A DNA stretch of 64,000 nucleotides, taken from Pelagomonas calceolata. Lineage: Eukaryota. The DNA is taken from contig CAKKNE010000006.1 in NCBI GenBank assembly GCA_918797485.1, positions 2,170,001 to 2,234,000 on the forward strand, given 5' to 3'. Below are positions 1 through 10,155 of this stretch, piece by piece (within the stretch, counting starts at the first letter, position 1; the number at the start of each line of letters is the position of its first letter). The translations under genes were made by a program, and so were the position numbers. The notes under the pieces were generated by a model. It was not told the origin of the DNA, searched no databases, and was given only the letters and a program-made list of their open reading frames with translations.

Positions 1-3000
1 GGCGTCGACAACACGCACCCCGACCTGGCGAAGCTCGACGTCGCGAACTCCTGCGACGTCTACGCGCCCTCCGGCTGGGACGCGCACGGCACGGTCTGCG
101 CGTCGCTGGCGGCCGGCGACGCGAACTCGCACTGCGGCGTCGGCGCCGCGCCGGGCGCCGGCATCGCGTCGTGCACGATGATGGGCGCCAACTTAGCCTC
201 GGAGTACTACGACGGGAGCTTCATCTCGCACCACCACGACGTCAACGACATCTCCTCCAACAGCTGGGGCTACGACCTCTGCGAGCGCCATTCGTACTCG
301 GCGAGCTGCCCGTTCTCGTGCCCCTCGGGCACGTCGTCCTGCCCCTGCGACGTGTGCGACGGAGACGACTGGTCCAGTGGTGATCTCTCGTCGTCCTGCG
401 AGGCCGCGGTCGTGAGCTACTGCTCGTACTACTTCAACAACGACGTGACGCCCTGTTTGGAACTGGACCACTACTTCGTCCAGTGCGGCTACAGCCAGCT
501 CTCGACCGCGGCGCACGACAAGCTCGTCGAGGGCACGACGGCGGGCCGCGGGGGTCTAGGTATGGTCTTTGTCTTCGCGGCGGGCAACTCGTACGACGTC
601 GGCCAGGACGTGAACTACGAGGGCTACCAGAACTCCCGGTTCACGATGAGCGTCGGCGCGCTCGGCCAAGACCTCAAGCACGCGTCTTACTCGTCGACCG
701 GCGCGCCGGTCTTCATCAGCGCGCCCGGCGGCGACTCGGAGAACTACCACGGCATGCTCGCCGCGCAGCCGCTCTCCCACGGCCTCACCGATAATTGTGG
801 CGACGCCGGCATGGGCACGTCCTACGCGGCCCCGCTCGTCTCCGGCGTCGTGGCGATGGTCCTCGAGGCGAATCCCAATTTGACGTGGAGGGACGTGCAA
901 GGCGTGCTGGCCTCGACGGCGACGCGGCCCCACGAGGACGCCGAGGACCAGTGGACCACGAACCAGGCCGGCGTCAAGCACAGCTACAAGTACGGGTTCG
1001 GGCTCGTCGACGCGCTGGCCGCCACCGCGGCGGCGACGACCTGGACGACCTGGGGCGCGGAGTTGACGCTCATGACGCAGACAGTGAGCGGCGAGGCCCT
1101 GGTCGACTTCGACGGCGCCGAGCACTGGGTCGAGTCGGAGGCGGCGGCGTTCGGCTCGTCGGAATTTGTGATAGAGGGCGTCGCGGTCTACGTGACCATC
1201 AAGCATCCCAGGCGAGGCGACCTGCGGATCGAATTGGAGAGGAACGGCGTGACCTCGCTGCTCACGGACGACAAGCTCGAGTTCGGCACGCGCTACACGC
1301 ACCACAAGTATACCACCCTGAGACACTGGGGCGAGCGCGCGGACGAGGGCGCGTTCACGCTCCGCGTGGCGGACCGGAGAGCGGGGAGCGGCGACGACGA
1401 CGACCTCGGGTCGAACTACTGGGCCGAGTACTACGCCGACGACGACGGCGACGACGACGGCCTCCTGGTGTCGTGGACGCTCCAGCTCTACGGCCACGAC
1501 GGCGACCCGACGACGCAGGAGACGCCGCAGCCGACGCTAAGCCCGCCCACGATCACGCGGTGGGGCAGCGGCCAGGGCTGGTGCTACTCGGACCTCGACT
1601 ACTACATCGGCGGGTACAGCGGCGACGAGTGCTGGCGTGAATGCGAGGCGATCTACGGCGCCTCCCTCGTGGCCGTCAACTGGGACACGGTTGGGGGGGA
1701 GGCCAGTTGCTCCTGCCAGAACGACTGCCAATGCATGTTGCCTGTGGGCGACGCCGGTTTCCTCGCGACAGTGGAGGCGGTCGCGGAGCTCCCGGGCGCG
1801 TGCGACGACTCGGTCGACTCCGAGAGTGAAAACCAGGGCGGCACCGACGTGGCGGACTGCTCGGGCGACGGCGACGCGTGCCCCGAGGCCTGGGTCGGCG
1901 ACGGGTACTGCGACGGCGCGGACCAGGTGTACGACTGCGATTTGACCTGCTACGACAACGACGGCGGCGACTGCGAGCCCCCGCCGACGGCCTGGGAGCC
2001 GGGCGCGGGCTGGTGCGCCTCGGAGCTCGACGCGAGCGTCGGCACGACGGTGAGCGCCCAGGCGTGCTGGGACAAGTGCGTGGACACGCACGGCGCGGAC
2101 GTCGTCAAGGCGGTCGACTGGTGGAGCGGCGAGTGCTGGTGCCAGGACGATTGTCAGTGCATGGAGGACCAGGGCGACGAGGACATCCACCTCGTGACGT
2201 CGAGCGACATCGCGGCGCTCCCGGACCGCTGCGTCGGCCCGTGCCCCGACGAAGAAGCGGCCTACCACACGTGCATGAACGAGAACGACAGCGCGCGGGG
2301 GGACGACGACGGCGACGACGGAGATGATGGAGACGACGACGCCGGGAGCCTCAGCACCTGCGCGGACGTGCAGGCCTGGTTCCCGGACCAGTGCGAGCTG
2401 TTCGGCCTCTGGCAGTGCCGGGAGCCGTGGTTCGCCTACGTCGAGTGCCACTACGAGGCCCTGGCCGCGTCGGAACTCGGCCTCGCCTGCGACCTCGACT
2501 GCCGGCCGCCGTCGCCCCAGCCGACCGCGAGCCCGACGCTGTCGCCGACGCCGGCGCCCTTCATTGTGGGCGAGGTCACCTTCGACGGTCTCGACGAGGC
2601 CGACGCCGAGGCGCACGAGGACGTCATCGTCGATGCCATCGCCGAGGTCGCCGGCGTGTGCCCGGTGTCGCAGGACGAGCTCCACAACGCGACGGCCATC
2701 GCCGCGCGCTGCCCGCCGGGCGCGACGCCGGCGGTCGTGACGATCCGCGTCTCGTCGTCGTCGTCGCGGCGCCGCCTCGACGGCGAGGTCGTCGTCGAGT
2801 ACGAGGTCGAGGCGGTCGACGTCGCGGCGATCTCGAACGTCGAGTCGGCGCTGGCCAAGGCCGAGGAGGACACGACGCTCGTGGACGAGGCGCTCGAGGA
2901 CGCCGCCAAGGCCGCGACCCTCGAGGCGGCCCAGACCGGCGGCGACACGTCCGTGGCCCAGGCCTTCGCCTCGGTCGCGACGACGCAGCTCCACAGCGAG

Positions 3001-3411
3001 GTCGTGGCGCCGAGCCCCGCGCCCACGGCCGTGCCGACGCTCGCGCCGACCGTGTCGCCGACCACCGTCGAGTACCGCAAGAAGCAGCAGCGCAAGGAGC
3101 TCGTCCGCAACGTCGGTATTCTGACCGGCATCATAGTCGCGGCCATCGTCGCCGGCTGCGCCACGGTCGCCCTCTGCGCGTTCGCCGTGGGGAAGGGCCC
3201 CTGCAAGAAGACGAAGAAGACCACGATGGCGCCGGTCGAGGGGGTCCCGGCGAACACCCCCGCGCTCTTCGAGGCGCAGAAAAAGAAGCCCTTCTGGGTG
3301 CTGCCGGGGACTCCTCGACGCGCAGAAAAGGCCTGGAGGCCGGAGTCCCCGGGTCCGCCGCCCCTGGCGCCGATCCCTGGGGCGACGGAGACGCCGGCGG
3401 AGGAGCCCTGA
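1..3411 (+). CDS. Kexin/furin-like subtilisin protease (S8 + P domain, Cys-rich/LNR modules, C-terminal TM); 5' end outside window
   Basis: Frame open from base 1: GVDNTHPDL, HGTVCASLAAG (His), SSNSWG, FVFAAGN, GTSYAAP (Ser), NPNLTWRDVQ, YGFGLVDA, P domain HPRRGDL, CPEAWVGDGYCD, hydrophobic TM near the C-terminus. Confidence 0.92.
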   Translation, partial: GVDNTHPDLAKLDVANSCDVYAPSGWDAHGTVCASLAAGDANSHCGVGAAPGAGIASCTMMGANLASEYYDGSFISHHHDVNDISSNSWGYDLCERHSYSASCPFSCPSGTSSCPCDVCDGDDWSSGDLSSSCEAAVVSYCSYYFNNDVTPCLELDHYFVQCGYSQLSTAAHDKLVEGTTAGRGGLGMVFVFAAGNSYDVGQDVNYEGYQNSRFTMSVGALGQDLKHASYSSTGAPVFISAPGGDSENYHGMLAAQPLSHGLTDNCGDAGMGTSYAAPLVSGVVAMVLEANPNLTWRDVQGVLASTATRPHEDAEDQWTTNQAGVKHSYKYGFGLVDALAATAAATTWTTWGAELTLMTQTVSGEALVDFDGAEHWVESEAAAFGSSEFVIEGVAVYVTIKHPRRGDLRIELERNGVTSLLTDDKLEFGTRYTHHKYTTLRHWGERADEGAFTLRVADRRAGSGDDDDLGSNYWAEYYADDDGDDDGLLVSWTLQLYGHDGDPTTQETPQPTLSPPTITRWGSGQGWCYSDLDYYIGGYSGDECWRECEAIYGASLVAVNWDTVGGEASCSCQNDCQCMLPVGDAGFLATVEAVAELPGACDDSVDSESENQGGTDVADCSGDGDACPEAWVGDGYCDGADQVYDCDLTCYDNDGGDCEPPPTAWEPGAGWCASELDASVGTTVSAQACWDKCVDTHGADVVKAVDWWSGECWCQDDCQCMEDQGDEDIHLVTSSDIAALPDRCVGPCPDEEAAYHTCMNENDSARGDDDGDDGDDGDDDAGSLSTCADVQAWFPDQCELFGLWQCREPWFAYVECHYEALAASELGLACDLDCRPPSPQPTASPTLSPTPAPFIVGEVTFDGLDEADAEAHEDVIVDAIAEVAGVCPVSQDELHNATAIAARCPPGATPAVVTIRVSSSSSRRRLDGEVVVEYEVEAVDVAAISNVESALAKAEEDTTLVDEALEDAAKAATLEAAQTGGDTSVAQAFASVATTQLHSEVVAPSPAPTAVPTLAPTVSPTTVEYRKKQQRKELVRNVGILTGIIVAAIVAGCATVALCAFAVGKGPCKKTKKTTMAPVEGVPANTPALFEAQKKKPFWVLPGTPRRAEKAWRPESPGPPPLAPIPGATETPAEEP

Positions 3412-3566
3412 ATTCGAAGACCCCCTTTAACTCGTTTACCCCTACGGTGCTAGGACTAGTGCGATCCCTACCTCGGTCCCGCAGCACCCCGAGGCGCGCC
3501 CCCGCTGCCCCGCAGTTAAGATATCCATAGTAAGTGACTCCATAGCTGCCCTTCAGTTATGTATGA

Positions 3567-6500
3567 TTAATTACCCTGAGGTGCAGGCACCTTGAGGTGC
3601 GCCAGGAGCGCGTCCAGTTTGCCCGACGTCGCCCGCGCGTCCGCCTCGAGGCGCCGAACCCGCTCCAGGACGTCCCCGCCCAGATCGCCGCCCAGCCAGG
3701 CCTCGCGCTGCTCCGTGTGCACGTCCAGCGTCACCATCTTGCGCCAGGCCGTCGTGATCTGGGACACCGCCCGCTCGACCTCGAGCCAGCACCAGTTGTT
3801 CCTCCTAAAGCGACTGGTGACATAGGTCGCGGGCACGTTCTCATATAAACAAGAATAATAACCGTCGGCATCCACCGTGCAGATCGTCGCCAAGGCCTCC
3901 GACCGCTCGAGAAAACACCCGGGCTCTCTTATAGTAACAGTGCTCCCGGGCTGGTGCCGCAGCGTGATCGCATTTCGTTCCACGACCACGTCGACGTTCT
4001 GGAAGCTGACTTCGATCCTCCCGTCCCCCTTGAGCTCGACGACGCGCGCCCGCTGCGGCGCCATGTTCTCCGCGAAGCGCGCGTACACGAGGTCGCCCTT
4101 TGAGAGTTGCGTCTTCTGGAAGCGCGACGCGGGCGACAGCATGCTTTGAGTTTTCTGCATCATGGACTGGGCTTTCGGTGGAGACACCGTCGTCATCTCG
4201 CCTTTTTTTAGTAAAGCGTCGACGTCGTGCGCGACGGATTCTTTGGATACGGTTTGTCTCGTTCGTGGGAGCCTTACGGTGTACCTTATCTCGTCATCCC
4301 CCGACGTTTTCTCGTTCTCCGCGATGTCGAGGTCTCGCCGTTCGTGCGTGGTGCGTATTCGTAACTCGCAGACCACTTCCGCGGGACGCATCTCGCCCTG
4401 TCCGAGTTGGACATAAACCTTCTGGCCCGCGTGGAACTCGTCGGACTCCGGTCTTTTCGTGAGGATGTCGCAGTCCTTCACCTTCGCGCGGCGCCAGAGC
4501 TGGGGCTTGAAGGGTCGCGTGAGCTTGGCTAGCGTCAGGGGGTCCTCCTTGATCTTCGACTTGCGTCGCTTCGCGAGGACTTCTCGATGATGGACTCGTA
4601 GCGCAAGTTTCTGGCACAGGTACGCGGCGTTGTAATACCTAAGTCGAGCTCGGCGCTCCTGCGCGGCGTACGCACCGACCCTAAAAACACCGACCCGGAA
4701 GAGTTGCCAGCCGGCTAATCTACGAGTAGCTGCCAACAATTTAGGACAGGCCTCCTGGGACATGATCCGCTCCAGCGTCTCGGCCGACAAGGCGTTCACG
4801 AAGACGTGACCAATAGCCGCCACATGATGCGTCGACGGCATCGGCTGGCCCACCAAAGCATGAATAATATCGACCCCAATCACGTCGTGGTTCCTCGACG
4901 ACAGGAACTCGCCCGAACTCAAACCTTCGGAGAAGCCGTCGCCGTCCTCCGGATGCCGCGCATCCCCATATTTCTTCGCATCATAATCATTCGGCCCGCC
5001 GTCGCCCTCGTCGTGCCACGACGCTCTCGCCCTGATTCTAAAGGCGGACCCCTCGAACATGAGCGATAACTGGTCGTTCACTTGACCGCCGCGGACGATA
5101 AACTCCTTCGCGGCGTATAGTCTAGGCATCAAGGCCAGCGAGATCTCCGTCACGAGCGTCTGGCACTCCCTGTTCGCGGACTCGAACCTCCGCAACCAGG
5201 GACTCGAGGACGGTAACCTCAATCGACTATGCGTGACACCGGTCTCGATGTGCGGCCCGCCGTCCCACCTTTCTCCATAGTGTACTGTGTATCTGAGTAC
5301 CTTATCTAGCGACTTGATCCTCGCGTACAACTCGCCGTGGGCCGTGAACTCGACGTCGGACGGGGCTACGACCACAAGGGTACCTACCTTAAGTCCCGAG
5401 ACGGATCGCACCGTATCATTCAGGAACGGTAACTTCGCGACATACCCACCGAGCTCCTCTTTCGCTACGGCTCGTTGCAATGCCGGTGATAGCGATTGCA
5501 GCATCTCCCTGTGATATGTCTTGCGGAACAACCCCTCCGAGTTAATGTAGTACTCCTTCAGGTGCCTTTTCAGGGACGTCGTGATGTTCCTTTCGGTAAT
5601 GTACTGGTTCAGGTTGTCCATGGACGTCCTATACGCATTCAAGGCGGGATCAAAATTCGTCAAAACGTTGGCAATTTCGCCGATCAACAGGGCCGTCATG
5701 ACCATCCCACACAACATGATCGCCGCGCCCAGCATGTGCTCGCCGAACGTGATGGCGTCGGCTTCTCCCCCAAAAGCTTTGGCCGCCCAGGAGAGCGCCG
5801 CGACGTACTCGTACCACAGGCCCCGGCTCTGGAAGCGCACCGTCGCGAGCCAGCACTTGGGCTCGCCCTCCATATCTAGTTCATACACAATATTGTCATT
5901 GAGGTCATGGATGTTGAGATGGTCAAATTCATAAAGCTGCGAAGTTCTCTCCTTGAGACCAGTATACTGCGGGCACATCGCGCCCACCAAGCGAATCATG
6001 CACGCGAATAAGTGCGTCGTGACGAGGAGTAGGGCCGTGTACTTGAGCATCGTCGTCAGTTTGAAGCTTACATTAACTTTGGAGGCTAGTCGAGAGATCA
6101 CTCTCCCAAATCTCAGCATCCGCAACAACCGCGGCAACCGCAGCAGCTTCGCCATCCGGATGACCATGGACCCGGACTTGTGGCGGTCGTTCGAGTGCAC
6201 GAAGATCTCGCCGAACGTCGCGCCGCTCTGCAACATGACGACGGCCTCGAACGGGAAGCAACTGATCAAATCCAGGACGAACCACCCTTTTATATATTGC
6301 ACGGCGATGGGCCACAGATGCAGGACCCAGCGATCCCGCTCCCGGTCATAGAACGCGAGGTTGAAATTCACCAGTAAATCGACCAAGAAGTAAATGTCCA
6401 CGATGAGATTAATATAGAACAGCGTCGCGTCGCTCGAAATGAACGCGATCTCGAAGGGCGTCACCAGCGCCACGTAACAGAGGAAGGGGATCATCGTGAT

Positions 6501-6938
6501 CGACCACGCAGAAAAGCACGCGCCGCGCGGGTTGAAGCGCCACGTGCCCCGCGGAAACGTCTCCTCCTGCCGCGCGCGCCGCATCATGGGGTTTTCCGCC
6601 TGGTTTACGCCTATTATGACCTTCCGCCAGTAGTTCACGGCCGTCTCATAGCAGTATCGCCGCCTTTCATTCATTTTACTCACGGAGATCTCCTCGACCA
6701 AGTTCATGGGACTGACTTTGGCCGTCCGCCGGCGCCATCTTTTGGATTTAGCGTCGTAGGCGTAGTGGTCCGCGTGGGGCTGCGCCTCGCGCGGCGCGGC
6801 GGCGTTCTGCGGCAGGGGACTGAAGGCCCACTCGTCGTCGTCTCTCCCAATGCTCGCGCGCGTCGACCCCGTCGTTCGCCGGATGCGCGGCAGCTCCTGC
6901 ATCGACGGCCGCCGGTTCATGGCCGGGCGCGGGTCCAT
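3567..6938 (-). CDS. Voltage-gated cyclic-nucleotide-binding-domain cation channel (KCNH/HCN-like), divergent pore
   Basis: S1-S3 motifs (YVALVTPFEIAF, YIKGWFVLDLISCFPFE), S4 KLLRLPRLLRMLRFGR, C-linker LSPALQRAVA, partial CNBD. Start placed at MDPRPAMN (6938) rather than 7130. Confidence 0.85.
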   Translation of the reverse strand: MDPRPAMNRRPSMQELPRIRRTTGSTRASIGRDDDEWAFSPLPQNAAAPREAQPHADHYAYDAKSKRWRRRTAKVSPMNLVEEISVSKMNERRRYCYETAVNYWRKVIIGVNQAENPMMRRARQEETFPRGTWRFNPRGACFSAWSITMIPFLCYVALVTPFEIAFISSDATLFYINLIVDIYFLVDLLVNFNLAFYDRERDRWVLHLWPIAVQYIKGWFVLDLISCFPFEAVVMLQSGATFGEIFVHSNDRHKSGSMVIRMAKLLRLPRLLRMLRFGRVISRLASKVNVSFKLTTMLKYTALLLVTTHLFACMIRLVGAMCPQYTGLKERTSQLYEFDHLNIHDLNDNIVYELDMEGEPKCWLATVRFQSRGLWYEYVAALSWAAKAFGGEADAITFGEHMLGAAIMLCGMVMTALLIGEIANVLTNFDPALNAYRTSMDNLNQYITERNITTSLKRHLKEYYINSEGLFRKTYHREMLQSLSPALQRAVAKEELGGYVAKLPFLNDTVRSVSGLKVGTLVVVAPSDVEFTAHGELYARIKSLDKVLRYTVHYGERWDGGPHIETGVTHSRLRLPSSSPWLRRFESANRECQTLVTEISLALMPRLYAAKEFIVRGGQVNDQLSLMFEGSAFRIRARASWHDEGDGGPNDYDAKKYGDARHPEDGDGFSEGLSSGEFLSSRNHDVIGVDIIHALVGQPMPSTHHVAAIGHVFVNALSAETLERIMSQEACPKLLAATRRLAGWQLFRVGVFRVGAYAAQERRARLRYYNAAYLCQKLALRVHHREVLAKRRKSKIKEDPLTLAKLTRPFKPQLWRRAKVKDCDILTKRPESDEFHAGQKVYVQLGQGEMRPAEVVCELRIRTTHERRDLDIAENEKTSGDDEIRYTVRLPRTRQTVSKESVAHDVDALLKKGEMTTVSPPKAQSMMQKTQSMLSPASRFQKTQLSKGDLVYARFAENMAPQRARVVELKGDGRIEVSFQNVDVVVERNAITLRHQPGSTVTIREPGCFLERSEALATICTVDADGYYSCLYENVPATYVTSRFRRNNWCWLEVERAVSQITTAWRKMVTLDVHTEQREAWLGGDLGGDVLERVRRLEADARATSGKLDALLAHLKVPAPQGN

Positions 6939-7434
6939 GGTGAGGCAGCCCCCCGGTGCTTGCAGGCTGGGCAGGCTGGGGTGCAGCCCCCGGCGCGCGG
7001 TGGTTCGGTTGGAGGCGCGTCCAGTGGGCTCCGAGAGGCCCACTCCGCACGTCACGCCGCGGTCCGGGCGCGCTAGGACGGCGGTGGTACACCGCCTCTC
7101 CTTCACGTGAGGCGTTTTGCGCCTGAACAAGGGCTTTCGAGGGCGGCGTTTAGATTCGTCTTTTCGTCCGGTCGGCGCTGCGGGAGGGCTCGGGGAGACG
7201 AGTGGGAGCCGCGGCGTCGTGTCGGATCGTGCGGGTTCGATATGCTCTGGAGCGCAAGAGGAACTAACCTTGTAAGTATAGTACTCTTGAGCGCAGATTG
7301 GAGCGCTTGTTTCGAGCAGACTTGCCTTTCGTGCGCGAAGCCTGCTCGATCACAATGATACGCACGAGTCGTTCGCACCGGCGGTAGCCGCGACAGGCAG
7401 CCCGCCCACTGAGGGAGGAGCAGGGGCTGCCCCC

Positions 7435-7929
7435 ATGCCCAGGATGGCCCGGTCGCAGTCGCTGCCCCTTGCCCGCGCGCGCGTCGACGACGGCCGCCTC
7501 GTCCGGTCCGCGTCGCCGCGGCGGCGATTAGATGAAGACGATCCTGGTCGCGAGGACGACGCCGCGACCGCGTCGAGGCTGGGGCGGGTCCTCGCGCTCG
7601 TCGTCCTGACATCCTCGCCAATCTTCCTCTTCCTGCTCTGCGCGGCGGCGCCGGCCTCGAGCTTCCTGGCGCACGTGGCGGGGACGGTCGCGTGGGCGCT
7701 GGTTATAGGAAGGGCCGAGGCCGGGGCCTTCGCCGGCATTTTTTGGTTGGTGGAGGCGCTCGGCGGCGCGTTGGGGATCGCGGGCGTCTTAACGCTGCCG
7801 TTCCTGGTGGACCCGCCGCTGACAGTTCTTTTCGGGGTGCTCGCTTCGATGCACGTCGCGCTCCTCGACTACTCGCGGCGGCAGCTCGAGCGCCTCTTCG
7901 ACCGGCGGCGCGTCGCGAGCGAACCCTAA
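7435..7929 (+). CDS. Hypothetical multi-pass membrane protein
   Basis: 164-aa ATG ORF with about 4 hydrophobic segments, filling the gap between neighbours. Confidence 0.6.
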   Translation: MPRMARSQSLPLARARVDDGRLVRSASPRRRLDEDDPGREDDAATASRLGRVLALVVLTSSPIFLFLLCAAAPASSFLAHVAGTVAWALVIGRAEAGAFAGIFWLVEALGGALGIAGVLTLPFLVDPPLTVLFGVLASMHVALLDYSRRQLERLFDRRRVASEP

Positions 7930-7941
7930 GCAACATGTTTT

Positions 7942-9807
7942 TTAACTGGGCTGGCCGTCGCGCGCGCCCCCCTTGGGGACGACGCGCGGGACCGGTTGAT
8001 CCAAGGGACACCTCGAAGCATGGACGAAGGCGCAGACCTTCGGCCAGAACGTCTCCGACTTTTCGGTAGAGAAGTCCAGCTCAAGGACGTCGGTCAATGC
8101 TCTCACACGAGCATCGTGCTTCGCGAGTAAACCCGCGGCCTCGTCGCGAGAAGGCGTCCCGCGGAAGCCCATAGCCGCCCAGAAGTGGTCGGCGTACGGC
8201 GCGTAGGCGCGGCTCCGGAGCTGCGTCCATCGTAACGAAGACGCCGCCCAGACGTCGGGCGATCGCGTCGTAAGGACAAATTTGGCGTCCGGGAAATGCC
8301 TTGCGATGACCGGGATGAGCTCGGGGTCCGTGAAGGGCGAATCCTGGAAGCACTCGTAGGGAGAAAGAGCGTCTATGAATGGTTGAGGGTCGCCCCGCAA
8401 GGCGCGTACGTGAAGCTTCTCATCTAAAACTCGGGCCTTGGCCCGGAGCCCCATCTCGCGCAGCCCCAACAGGCGGCAGACCGCACTTAATGACGTCGTG
8501 CCCGTCTTCTTCGCCCCGACTCCAAATAGACGCACCCTTTTATCGCAGGTCGAGGGCGACCGCCGCTCGCAGGCGGCGACGCAGGCGTCCACGATGGCAT
8601 CGTTCCAGTTCTGGCCGCGGTCTCTGGTTTTTTGCGCGCACTCGAGCCAGCACTCGTGCGGGTCGATGGACTGCGTCCTTTTTTTGTGGAGGCACGTCGG
8701 CAGGGCGGCTTTCGTCGACGCCGTGTACGCTCGAAGCCTATCGAGGGAGACGGCGTAGCGCACGACGCGCGACGGCGGCAGTCGTTCCATCTCCTTATCG
8801 TCGTCAAAGACCCCGTGCACGCCGCGATGCACGTAGAAGAAGACCTTGTCATTCCTGGAAACGAGGCCGAGGACCGGGTGGTCCGTGGACCGGCCCAACG
8901 AACTCGGCGTCGAGTTGAGCAGCCGTTTCAGGGGCGAGAAGGCGACGCCGTCGCAAGTCAGCGCGAGGCCGACGAAGGCGTCGTCCCCCCCGGGCGCGTT
9001 GTGGACGACGGGGAAGAGGCCCAGCGCCGTCGACGGGTCGACGGGGTTCGCGGTCACCGCCGCGTAATAAATGTTGTCGCCCGGCTCGACGCACGTTGCG
9101 TAGGCCGCGATGTTGATCGAGGCGAAGGGTCCGAACGTCGCAGAACTTTCCAAGATCGCCGCCTGGACGTGCCGCCCGCCGAAGCCGCCGTCGCGGGTCC
9201 TGTTGCGGATCAGATTCGACCGCGCGTAGGCCACGACCCTGTCGGAGACGCGCACCATCGACACGCGCCCGTCGAATTCGCAGAACGTGCCCGTCCGCGG
9301 CCGCCGATCTACGCACGAGGCGTGCGACCCCAAGAGCGTGGCCTTGGTCGGGGCGCGCCCGAGGCTCGCGAGGCCCTCGGGCGTGGGCGCGACGGGCCCC
9401 CTCAACTCCAGGCCCTGCTTCGCGTTCCCGAGGCCGCCCAGGGCGTAGAGGCCATCCGCGTCTCTCCAGAGCGCCAGGTTATGAGCCGCCGACCGGCCCC
9501 GGAACAGCGTCGTCTTCGCGTCGGTGCACGCGAACGCATCGTCGCAGCCCGTCTCGACGTGGACGTACGTGCCGGGCCCGTCGGCCGACGGCGCCGCACC
9601 GCGCCGCGCCGCGAGCGCGAGCCCGGACGCGCCGAGGCCGACGACCGTCAGATACCGGCGCTCGTCGTCGAACGAGCGCACGACGCGCGCGTCGCCGAAG
9701 AAGTCCCGGTCATAGTTCGTGTCGTCGTCGCCGACGCACGTCGCCGGCGTGCAGTCGGCGCGACGCCTTACCGCTCCGACCACGGCGCAGCAGAGGACGA
9801 GCCTCAT
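7942..9807 (-). CDS. Secreted protein: possible beta-propeller glycoside-hydrolase-like domain fused to a C-terminal sulfotransferase-like P-loop domain
   Basis: Signal-like start; EFDGRVSMV..VAYARSN..GGRHVQ and LALTCDGVAF motifs; GVGAKKTGTTSL (PAPS loop), FPDAKFVLTTR..WAAS. Confidence 0.7.
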   Translation of the reverse strand: MRLVLCCAVVGAVRRRADCTPATCVGDDDTNYDRDFFGDARVVRSFDDERRYLTVVGLGASGLALAARRGAAPSADGPGTYVHVETGCDDAFACTDAKTTLFRGRSAAHNLALWRDADGLYALGGLGNAKQGLELRGPVAPTPEGLASLGRAPTKATLLGSHASCVDRRPRTGTFCEFDGRVSMVRVSDRVVAYARSNLIRNRTRDGGFGGRHVQAAILESSATFGPFASINIAAYATCVEPGDNIYYAAVTANPVDPSTALGLFPVVHNAPGGDDAFVGLALTCDGVAFSPLKRLLNSTPSSLGRSTDHPVLGLVSRNDKVFFYVHRGVHGVFDDDKEMERLPPSRVVRYAVSLDRLRAYTASTKAALPTCLHKKRTQSIDPHECWLECAQKTRDRGQNWNDAIVDACVAACERRSPSTCDKRVRLFGVGAKKTGTTSLSAVCRLLGLREMGLRAKARVLDEKLHVRALRGDPQPFIDALSPYECFQDSPFTDPELIPVIARHFPDAKFVLTTRSPDVWAASSLRWTQLRSRAYAPYADHFWAAMGFRGTPSRDEAAGLLAKHDARVRALTDVLELDFSTEKSETFWPKVCAFVHASRCPLDQPVPRVVPKGGARDGQPS

Positions 9808-10155
9808 GGCTGCCCATCGATGGCGCGTTGCATCGATGGCGTGGTTTGAGGCTACCCGATGGCAGGAGACGTTAAACGCGCTTAGCCTAGCCTCGTTTTT
9901 ACCGAAAAACGCGCGGGCGTAAAGCCTAGTGTGTCAATTAACTCTAGATGGCAGAAACTTTTTCTCCCCCGCATTGATGCAGATGGCCACGACAGGCTGC
10001 CCAAACGACTGTTCTCCCCCGCATTGATGCCGCTTCCGACGCATTGGACAAGCCTCGAATACTCGCTACTGCCCTGTGAGCAGCAAAGGCAAAATGGTCG
10101 CGTTATAGAGGCCTCGTGCCATTGGCCGGGGATTCTCTAGCTTGGCGTCGTGAAA

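Noticed and set aside
556..3257. Long antisense and alternate-frame ORFs (also 14633-16195, 31593-33182, 56734-58137 and others)
   Set aside because: Shadows of GC-rich real genes; low-complexity Arg/Ala/Gly translations.
6715..6775. HYAYDAKSKRWRRRTAKV resembles an alpha-kinase N-terminal strand
   Set aside because: Too short, and no kinase motifs follow.
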